From NCBI GenBank assembly GCA_963828495.1, contig CAWHFJ010000022.1:22964-86963 (forward strand): a stretch of DNA of 64,000 nt, given 5' to 3'. Below, piece after piece: positions 18,868 to 28,700 of this stretch. The notes under the pieces were generated by a model. It ran no database searches and had not been told where the DNA came from. It saw only the letters and a list, made by a program, of their open reading frames with translations. A program made the position numbers and the translations under genes. Position 1 is the first letter of the stretch; every line of letters starts with the position of its first letter. This DNA comes from Candidatus Omnitrophota bacterium. Lineage in GTDB: Bacteria > Omnitrophota > Gorgyraeia > Zapsychrales > Fredricksoniimonadaceae.

Positions 18868-19308
18868 TCCATATCGGCATTGTGGCCTCCGGCTTTAATG
18901 ATTTTATTACCAAGAGATTGCTCAATGCCTGTTTGATGGAATTGCGCAAGCAAGGGCTGAGGAGACAGTCAGATGACTATCGTCTGGGTGCCCGGTTCTT
19001 TGGAAATTCCGGTGACGGCCTTAAAGCTGGCCCGTAGAAAAAATATCAATGCCGTCATTGCCTTAGGCGCGGTCATTCGGGGAGAAACCTATCATTTTGA
19101 AGTGGTGGCCAATGAATGTGCCCGCGGCATTATGGAAGCCTCCCTTTTGACAGGCAAGCCCGTGATCATGGGGGTATTGACGACGGATACAGTGGCCCAG
19201 GCCCAGGCCCGTAGCCGGGATAAAGGCGGCGATAATAAAGGCCGCGATTGTGCCACCGCTGCTTTGGCCATGATTGCTCTTTTTAAACGCTATAGTATAA
19301 GCCTAAAT
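18857..19308 (+). pseudogene. ribH: 6,7-dimethyl-8-ribityllumazine synthase, frame-disrupted; 3' end uncertain
   Basis: ATG at 18857. [32 protein letters not shown] lies in one frame and TIVWVPGSLEIPVTALKLA...ALGAVIRGETYHFEVVANE in the 18973 frame. As sequenced, no stop codon separates it from nusB. Confidence 0.75.
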
Positions 19309-19732
19309 ATGAGACGCCGCACACTCGCACGTGAACACGCCTTAAAGATTCTTCTACCAGTTTGATATCATCAAGCATCCTATGGAAGCGGTGATTGAAT
19401 CTTATTGGCAAGCGGAACAGACCCGTGACCAGGAGATTATCAGTTATGCGAATCTCTTGTCTGCGGGTGTCAGCCAGCATATGGAAGCCATCGATCAAAA
19501 GATTTCTGACTATGCTACCAATTGGCAGATCCGACGCATGGCCATCATCGACCGCAATATCATGCGCATAGGGTTGTATGAATTAAAATACACCACGGAT
19601 ATTCCTCCGAAAGTGGCCATTAATGAGGCCGTGGAATTAGCCAAAAAATACGGTGATTTGGAATCCAGCAAATTCGTCAACGGCATTCTTGATAAAATCC
19701 ACAAAAAAGAAATCGTTGAGCCGCAAAACTAA
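19309..19732 (+). pseudogene. nusB: transcription antitermination factor NusB, frame-disrupted (1 shift near 19355)
   Basis: [15 protein letters not shown](YQ) then, after a shift, FDIIKHP...[35 protein letters not shown]....S.KFVNGILD. Confidence 0.8.
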
Positions 19733-19735
19733 ATC

Positions 19736-20575
19736 ATGGCTTCCAGCGCAGATTTACACGTCCATACGTATTTTTCCGACAGTTCGTCGTCTCCGCAGGA
19801 AGTTGTTGACGACGCGCTTAAGGCGGGGCTTTCTTGTATCGCCATCACAGACCATGATATTGTGGAAGGGGTGCTGCCTGCGATAGAAGCGGCGCGCGGG
19901 TGCGCGCTTGAAGTTGTGCCGGGCATTGAATTATCTTCCGAGTTTGAGGCCTGCGACATTCATATCCTGGGCTATTTTATCGATTACCAACAAGGTCCCT
20001 TGCTGGAGAGGATCGAAATTTTTTTAGATGCGCGTCTGGAGCGCATGAAGCAGATGCTTGTCAATTTGAAAGCGGTTGGCATTGACAATATCGAATTTGA
20101 AGAAGTGTGCGCGTTGACCCAATCCCGTGCCGTGGGCCGTTCGCATCTGGCGGTATTGTTGCAACAAAAAGGGTGGGTTTCAAACATCAAAGGCGCTTTT
20201 GAAAAATATTTAGGCCCCGGATGTCCGGGGTATGCGCCTAAATACAAGCAGACGCCTTTTGAAGCCATTGATTTGATCCGATCTTGCGGCGGGGTGGCGG
20301 TCATGGCGCATCCGATGTTGACCCAAAAAGACGAATTGATCCCCAGTTTCGTCAAGGCGGGTTTAAAGGGGCTTGAAGTGTATTATCCGAATTGCACGGA
20401 TACAGTGACCGAGTTTTATGAGCGTATTGCCCAAAAGCACGGTCTGATTGCCACGGGCGGTTCAGACGACCATGGCAGAGCCAAAGGGTATACGTATGTA
20501 GGCAAGAAAACCGTACCGTATGCAACAGTCGAGCAACTGCGCCAAGCTGCAAATCTTGGACCGTTTCCAAGTTGA
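19736..20575 (+). CDS. PHP-domain metal-dependent phosphoesterase (TrpH/YciV-like)
   Basis: 279 aa. ADLHVHTYFSD...AITDHD...GIE.S.......HILGY...HP motifs of the PHP family. Confidence 0.75.
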   Translation: MASSADLHVHTYFSDSSSSPQEVVDDALKAGLSCIAITDHDIVEGVLPAIEAARGCALEVVPGIELSSEFEACDIHILGYFIDYQQGPLLERIEIFLDARLERMKQMLVNLKAVGIDNIEFEEVCALTQSRAVGRSHLAVLLQQKGWVSNIKGAFEKYLGPGCPGYAPKYKQTPFEAIDLIRSCGGVAVMAHPMLTQKDELIPSFVKAGLKGLEVYYPNCTDTVTEFYERIAQKHGLIATGGSDDHGRAKGYTYVGKKTVPYATVEQLRQAANLGPFPS

Positions 20576-20612
20576 GCTTAGAAAAATATAGAGTTATGAT
20601 GGAAGTGTCCCT

Positions 20613-21673
20613 ATGAACAATGATTTTATTTACATGAATCGCGCCTGGGAGTTGGCCTTGAAAGGCTGGGGCAGGACATCGCCTAATCCCATGGTGGGGG
20701 CTGTGCTGGTCAAGTCGGGTAAGATTATCGCTGAAGGTTATCATCATTATTGCGGCGGTGATCATGCGGAAGTGGATGCCTTAAAAAAAGCAGGCGCTAA
20801 GGCTCGTGGGGCCACTTTGTATGTGACCCTTGAACCCTGTTCCCATTTAGGGCGAACACCGCCCTGTACGCAAGCTATTTTGAAGGCGGGGATTAAAAAA
20901 GTCATTGTCGGGGCGATAGACCCTCATCGAGTCAATAATGGTAAATCCTTGAAGATGTTGAGAAGCCAAGGTATTGAGGTAGAGCAGGGCTGTTGGCCGA
21001 TGAATTAACACGTATGAACGAAGCCTTTAACCGCTGGATCACCACGGGGCGAGTTTTTGTGACCGCTAAAGTTGCCCAAACTTTAGACGGTAAAATGGCC
21101 CGCCTTTCGGGTGAATCGAAATGGATCACCTCAAAGGTGACAAGGGACTACGCGCATCGTTTGAGATATGGGTTTGATGCCATTATGGTGGGTATCAATA
21201 CGGTCCTCAAAGATAATCCACAGTTAAAGACACGTCCCCTCAAACGCATCAAGAAAATTATTTTAGATACGCATGGCAAAATATCGCCTCACGCCAAATT
21301 ATTTGAAGGGACAAAGCCCGAAGATGTTTTTATATTTACAGCACATCCTTCGGGAAAGAAAATCAAGGGCCAGGTGATAGAATCTCCTGTATTTAGAGGC
21401 AAAATTGATTTAAAATGGGTTTTAGAGTTCCTTGGAAAAAGAGAAATAATCAGTGTGCTCATTGAGGGTGGCGGCAGGGTGGTGGGAGGGGCCTTAGAGC
21501 GGGGGTTGGTTGATAAAATGATGATTTATACCGCGCCTAAAATCATGGGAGAAGGGATCCCCAGCGTGCGCGGTTTGCATGGCAAGACACTTGCGGATAT
21601 GATTCAGCTTCACCACATGACGATCGATAAAATAGGCGAAGATATTTTAATCCAGGGGTATCCCAAAAAATAA
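20613..21673 (+). pseudogene. ribD: bifunctional riboflavin-biosynthesis deaminase/reductase RibD, frame-disrupted (1 shift near 21000)
   Basis: Deaminase half with the HAEVDAL...TLEPCSHLGRTPPC zinc motif (20613-21008). Reductase half ...VTAKVAQTLDGK.A...GESKWITS... (20993-21673). Confidence 0.85.
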
Positions 21674-21679
21674 AATCAT

Positions 21680-22258
21680 ATGTTTACCGGAATTGTCGAA
21701 CAGACAGGCACGATCAAAACCATGGATTCCAAAAAGAATTTATTGGTGCTCGGCATTGATTTGGGCCCATTGTCCAAAAAGGTAAAGTTGGGAGACAGTG
21801 TATCTGTCAGCGGGGTTTGTTTGACGAGCACTTCAAGAAAAAACAGAATAGCCCAATTTGATCTGATGAAAGAAACCATTGAGAGGACCTCATTAGGGTT
21901 TTTGGGTATAGGGAGTCATGTGAACCTTGAGTTGGCCCTACGAGCGAATGGTCGTTTAGGCGGTCATTTTGTGACCGGTCATGTGGATGAGGTGGGACTC
22001 ATTAAAAATATCACTCGAGAAAAGAATTGGGTATCGATGACAATCGGTATTTCCAAGGCCAATCGAAGATATATAGTGCCCAAAGGGTCCGCAACGATTG
22101 AAGGGATCAGTTTGACCGTAGGCCGTGTCGGCAGAAATGATTTCGAAGTGTATTTGATCCCTTACACGCTTAAAGTAACGAATCTCAGGTTTAAAAAACC
22201 GGGGGATCCTGTTAATATTGAAACGGATATTTTAGCTAAATATATTTTGGGGGAATAG
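21680..22258 (+). CDS. ribE: riboflavin synthase
   Basis: 192 aa. MFTGIVEQTGTI... plus the second lumazine-binding repeat ...GGHFVTGHVD..G.I. Confidence 0.9.
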   Translation: MFTGIVEQTGTIKTMDSKKNLLVLGIDLGPLSKKVKLGDSVSVSGVCLTSTSRKNRIAQFDLMKETIERTSLGFLGIGSHVNLELALRANGRLGGHFVTGHVDEVGLIKNITREKNWVSMTIGISKANRRYIVPKGSATIEGISLTVGRVGRNDFEVYLIPYTLKVTNLRFKKPGDPVNIETDILAKYILGE

Positions 22259-22259
22259 T

Positions 22260-22694
22260 ATGAAACTTGAAATCGCCGACATCCAAAAAATCATTCCGCA
22301 CCGTTTTCCGTTTTTGATGATCGACCGCATCCTGGAATGCCAGCCCAATAAAAAATTGGTGGCTATCAAAAATGTGTCCGTTAATGAGCATTATTTCTCG
22401 GGGCATTTTCCCGGTGAGAAGGTGATGCCCGGGGTTTTGATCATTGAAGCCATGGCCCAGGCCGGTTGTATTTATTTTTATTACAGTAAAAATCTGCAAG
22501 GGAAAAGCCTGATTTATTATCTGGCCAAGACTGAGGCGAGTTTTCATCATCCCGTCATGCCTGGCGATCAGTTGACCATCGAGGTCTCATCGGTCAAATT
22601 ATTACCTAAAGCCGGTTTCATCAACTGCAGGGCCCTTGTCGGTGAAAAATTAGTAGCTGAGGCGAAAATAGGTTTTGGCATTAAAGAAGTATAG
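22260..22694 (+). CDS. fabZ: 3-hydroxyacyl-ACP dehydratase FabZ
   Basis: 144 aa. IQKIIPHRFPFLMIDRI......A.KNVS.NE.YF.GHFPG..VMPGVLIIEAMAQ. Confidence 0.9.
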   Translation: MKLEIADIQKIIPHRFPFLMIDRILECQPNKKLVAIKNVSVNEHYFSGHFPGEKVMPGVLIIEAMAQAGCIYFYYSKNLQGKSLIYYLAKTEASFHHPVMPGDQLTIEVSSVKLLPKAGFINCRALVGEKLVAEAKIGFGIKEV

Positions 22695-22776
22695 TTTTTC
22701 TACAGGAAAGCGCTTCCTCAACACAACCCCCCAGCCCTTGTTTTTCTTATATTTATATGGCATATTTATAGTAAGT

Positions 22777-25700
22777 ATGAGAAAAACCCCATATATCCAT
22801 ATAGCTATTTTGATAGCTTTTCTGGTTAATACGTTTGGGCCGTTACCTATGGCCCAAGCCCAACTGGCCTCACAGGCAAGCGGGGATTTTCGTTTGCCGG
22901 CACCCGGGGTCATGGTTCATTTAAGCCCTAAGTTTAATCCGCCAATCCTTAAAGGTATTAAAGTCCATCCGGACAATCCATTCCGTTTTGATTTTATTTT
23001 AGATCGGGGTGATGCATACAAAGGACCTCAACAAGAACAACTAAAAACCGAAGCCACCAAACTCATCAAATATTTCCTAGCCAGCCTAACTATCCCGGAA
23101 AAAGACTTATGGGTCAATCTAAGCCCTTATGAAAAAGACCGCATTATTCCACAAAGCTTTGGTTTAACCCAGATGGGCAGAGATTTGCTGGCAGAAGATT
23201 ATATGCTCAAGCAGATAACGGCCTCATTGATTTATCCGGAAGACGAGATAGGCAAGAAGTTCTGGCAGCGGGTGTACGCAGAAGCCCAGCAGAAGTTCGG
23301 CACAACCAATATTCCGGTCAATACGTTTAACAAGGTATGGATAGTACCAGAAAAAGCAGTGGTTTATGAAAATGCCAAGGCAGGGACGGCGTATGTAGTG
23401 GAAAGTAAATTAAAGGTGATGTTGGAAGAGGATTATTTATCCATGAGTAAACATGCTGATGTTGGGCAGGTCTCCAACATCAATCGTCTGGGCTCCCAAA
23501 TCATCCGCGAGATTGTCATACCCGAATTAACCAAAGAGGTCAACGAAGACAAAAATTTCACTCAACTGCGACAAGTCTACAACAGCCTTATTCTGGCCAC
23601 ATGGTACAAGAAGAAAGTCAAGGATAGCCTCCTAGCCCAGGTTTATGAGAATAAGAAAAAAGTCGTTGGGGTGGAATATCAATCTCAAACCAACGACGTC
23701 GAAGCTATCTATCAGCGCTATTTACAGGCATTTAGGAAGGGTGTTTATAACTATATTAAAGAAGAACAGGATCCGATCATCAATCAAGCTGTTCCGAGAA
23801 AATATTTTTCCGGGGGAGTGCGATTATCCGATTTAGTCATAAATGCCGACAAAGCCATGCAATATACTCGTAACATACCTTCCAACCCTGAGAATGCCGT
23901 GGAAGTAACAACCGACTTGGCCATGTTAACCGGGCAGGAAGGGGGAGGCTCTTTTTTTGACACAAGCCATCGCTATTATTTGGCATTTAAAGATTTAATC
24001 GATCATATCCCGACTGAAGAAATCAGTAGTCCCCAGAAAGCGATGGAATATTATGATCAACATAAAAACGAATTCCCTTATTTGAGAGACCGCCAGAAGC
24101 CGATGGGAGAACGGGCATCCATCGGGAGGAGTTATTTTGTAGATGTCATCGGCCATCGGGAAGATTTTGATCCGGCTAAACAGTCATCATTTCGAAGTTT
24201 TGCGGCTACTTTAAATTATTACGAACAGTTTCAAGGGATCATTAATGCCATTGCCTCTGTAGAGATCAGCACTCCGCAGAAGGCGATGGAGTATTATGAC
24301 CAACACAAAGCAGATTTTCCTCAAATAGAGGATCGCAATAAGCCAATAGCAGAACAAAAGCCTATTGGTCGGTCGTATTTCATAGGCGTCATCAGCCACC
24401 GCGCAGATTTTGATCGATTAAGACACCAAGATTTTGCGCGTTTTGCAACCAGTCTGCGGTATTACGAAGAGTTTCAAAGCCAAATTGATGCCATCCCGGC
24501 CGCAGACATCAGCAGCCCTGAAAAAACGATGGCCTATTATAATGAGCACAAAGGAGAATTCCCTCAGTTGAATGATAGGATAAAACCGATCTCTGAACAG
24601 CGACCTATTAGTAGGAATTATTTTATAACAGTTCTTACCCATCGGAAAGATTTTGACCAATCTAAACATCAGGCATTTGCGCGTTTTATAATGGGGTTAC
24701 GGTATTACGAAGAATTTCAAAGCAAAATTGATGCCATCCCAGCCGCAGACATCAGTAGTCCTGAGCAGGCCATGGACTATTATGATCGCCACAAGAGAGA
24801 ATTTCCTCAGTTAGAGGATGTCCAGAAGCCGGCTGAAGAACAAACTCCTGTTAGTAGGGGTAATTTTATAGCTATCATCAGCTGGCGGGCAGATTTTGAC
24901 GACACCAAAGAGCAGGCATTTCAGCGTTTTGCCGGTAGCCTGAGGTATTACGAACAGTTTCAAACGATCATTGATGCGATATCCGAAGAAGAAATCAGCA
25001 ATCCTGAGAATGCGATGGAGTATTATGATCAACACAAAAATGCATTTCCTCAACTGGATGATCAGGACAAACCGGTTGCAGAACAAACGCCTATTGGCAG
25101 AGCGTATTTTATAAACGTCATTAGCCATAGAGCCAATTTTGATCAGTCTAGACATCAAACATTTGCACGTTTTGCGGCCAGTTTGCGGTATTACGAAGAG
25201 TTTCAAGAGAAGATTGATGCGATTGCGGCTATAGACATCAGCAGTCCTGAAAAAGCGATGGAGTATTATGATCAGTACAAAGAAGATTTTCCTCAGTTGA
25301 AAGATCTAAACAAGCCGATGGCTCAACAAACACCCATCGGAAGGGCTTATTTTATCAGTGTCATCAGCCACCGCGATGATTTTGACCTGGCCAGAGAACA
25401 GAAATTCGATCGATTTGCCACTAGCTTAAGCTACTACGAAGAGTTTCAAGGCAGGATTGATGCGATTGCGGCTATAGACATCAGCAGTCCTGAAAAAGCG
25501 ATGGAGTATTATGATCAATACAAAGGAGATTTTCCCCAGTTAGACGATCGCCATAAGCCAATGGCCCAACAGACCCCGATCGGTAGGGGTTACTTTATAG
25601 ATGTCATCAGTCATCGTGGCGATTTTGATCAATTAAGGCATCAAGCATTTGTACGTTTTGCGGGTAGTTTGCGGTATTATGAGGAGTTTCAGGAAAGGAT

Positions 25701-28700
25701 CGATGCGATCCCGGCCGCCCAGATCGGCACTCCTGAGGAGGCGATGGCGTATTATAGTCAACACAAGGGAGAATATCCTCGGCTAAACGACCGTAAGAAG
25801 CCTGTTTCACAACGAACCCCCATTAGCTGGGGGTATTTTATAGATATCATCAGCCACCGCAAAGATTTTGACAAAGAAAGTAAATGGAGATTCGAACGTT
25901 TTAAAATGGGTTTGCACTACTATGAAGAATTTAAAGAAAAGATTGATGCCATCCCATCCGCAGAAATCGACAGTCCTAAAAAAGCGATGGAGTATTATGA
26001 TCAACATAAGCAGGAATTCCCTCAGTTAGAGGACCGAAGGAAACCCATTGCAGAACAAACGCCCATCGGCAGGGGTTATTTTGTCAGCATCATCAGCCTT
26101 CGAAAAGATTTAGATAAATTTAAAGAGTCGTTATTTGGACACTTTGCAACCAGTCTAACCTATTACGAAGAGTTTCAAGAGGGCATTGATGCAATCCCCT
26201 TTGGAGATATCAGCACGCCTGAGAAAGCGATGGAGTATTACGATCAGCACAAAGGAGAATTTCCTCAAATTGAAGATCAAGATAAGCCACTGGCAGAACA
26301 AACGCCTATTAGCAGATCGTATTTTATAAACATCATCAACCACAGGACAGACTTTGATCAATCAAAGCATCAAACATTCGTTTTTTTCGCCACTAGTTTG
26401 CGGTATTACGAAGAGTTTCAAGGGGTGATTGATGCCATACCTTCTGAAGATATCAGTACTCCTGAAAAAGTGATGGCGTATTACGATCAACATAAGGGGG
26501 AATTGCCTCAAATAGAAGATCAAAATAAGCCGATGGCAGAACAAGCGCCCATTAGCAGGGCGTATTTCATAAGCGTCATCAGCCATAGAGCAGATTTTGA
26601 TAAATCCAAACATCAGGCATTTGCGCGTTTTGCTACCAGTTTACGGTATTATGAAGAATTTCAAACGGTCATTGATGCGATTGCGGCCAGAGACATCAGC
26701 AGTCCTGAAAAAGCAATGGAGTATTATGATATGCATAAAATGGCATTTCCCATGCTGGAAGATAGGGAAAAACCGGTTGCCCAACAGACTCCGATCAGTA
26801 GGGGCTACTTTATAGATGTCATCGGTCATCGCAGCGATTTTGATAAACAGCGGCAACAGAGTTTTACTCGCTTTGCGAACAGTTTGAATTATTATGAAGA
26901 AAATCAAAATATGACCGATGCTATCCCGACAGAATATATTAGTACTCCGGAAAAAGCCATGGAATATTACGATCAGCATAAGCAGGAATTCCCCCTGCTA
27001 GAGGATCGGGAAAAACCGATAGCAGAACAAACTCCGATAAGCCGGGCTTATTATGTGCAGATTATCAGTCATCGGAAAGATTTTGATAAAGTCAAGCAGA
27101 GGGCATTTACTAATTTTGCGGTCAGTCTGCATTATTATGAATTACATCAAGAGATCATTGATCGCTATGTCAGAGAATTGTTTGTCAATGGACTCCCGCA
27201 GGAGAATGAAGACATGCTGAAGCTGTATTTACAATTAGCCCCCTATTTGTCACGTATAGATAAACCTCAGTTTACTATTTCCATCATTTATTTTAGAGAA
27301 ATTTTGCACGCGGCCCGTCTTATTTCATTGCAAAGATATCAGAGAAGCCAAAAATTTATTGCAGGAGTTCATTACGCTTTAAAGATGCAGGGTAGGATCG
27401 TAGGTCTTTTCAAAGAAGCCTATGGGAAATTGGTTAATCTAAGACAGATGGATTTGGAAGAAGTAAAAGCGCGTGTCTATAAGCTGTTCATAACAGATAT
27501 TAATAGAGGAGGATTAAGAGAGAAGTTCGTGAGGATCAATCGTCCTAAGGGGGCATTAGAGGATAGGCCGCTTTCTCTCTCGATTTTGAAAAGCTATTTG
27601 CCTCCCCTAAAGCTTGTTTATGGAGATCAACTTCTTGAGGCTTTACAGACAGATCAAGTGCCAGAATTTCTGGATGCATTAAAATCAAGGCTGCAAAACA
27701 TAAGGCTGGCTGGCTCTATAGAAGAAGGGGAACAGGAAGATCCGAATGAAGCGATGATTACCGCTCAAGAAAATTTGGAGGGCGTTTCCGGGAAAACCAT
27801 GCCCTTTAAAGATTTTATAAAAAATCAATTGCTGTTAGATTATTGGAAAGTTACGAGACAAGCATTTTTAGCCCACTTTGATAAACAACAGGCAGAACTG
27901 ATCTGGGGCGAATTAAAAGATAAAGGTTATATTAGAAAAGGCACGTTGGAATTTTTTGATGGTGAATTTTCTGAATTTTCAAAGGGTCCATCTAATGAGT
28001 TCATGACGCCGGAGGAGGCGGAGAAAGCCTTAATAGAGGCTATACAAAAAAGTGGCATTGACATTCCCCCTGCTGATACGCCTATTGACTCATTGGCAAA
28101 GTTGATAGAAAGTAGAATTTTATATAAAGCTATGCCCATACGGCCTGATGAAGTTAGTGAGCGAATTAATCGATTAGAACATGGGGGGAAACCATTAAAT
28201 TCTTGGGAGATTAAAGATTTAAACAGGATTCTAATAGAGGCCAACTACTCACAAGCTCCTAAAAGGCTCAATTATGATAGCGTCATTCAGGACGCATTCC
28301 GTGCACTTGAAAATTATTCACAGTTGGATTTGCCTGGAATATCTGATACTCAGAAAAAACAAATTTATGACATTATTCAACAGGCTCATTGGTTTAATAG
28401 GATTGATTTCAAATTAGAGGGCTCATTAAATCTTCATTTTGAGGATGAATCCCAATTTGATGAGTTGACAGTCGTATTAGATGAGGTCATAGCCAATGCG
28501 CTCCAAGCACAAAAAGAAGGGAAGATAAGGATTACTGTTGAGGGGAATAAAATTTTGATACAGAATGATGGTGAAATACCTTGGGATGTTATGCAAAAGA
28601 AATATAATGAACTTATTCGTGAACACGATCTGTATGTGATTCGTCAAGCAGATGGATCCATTGAAGATCTGGGCTCCAAAGATTTTTTCGCCCAATCGTT

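Noticed and set aside
24211-26979. A series of minus-strand ORFs (62-131 aa) inside the repeat array.
   Set aside because: They are antisense shadows of the periodic plus-strand coding repeats. Their sequences repeat with the same 243-nt period. They lack starts with an RBS, and they overlap a 9.1-kb ORF that has strong domain evidence.
23974-27132. Regular 243-nt periodicity that could be mistaken for a CRISPR-like or satellite array.
   Set aside because: There is no alternation of repeat and unique spacer. The units are divergent throughout, in-frame, and translated as an 81-aa protein repeat within one long ORF.
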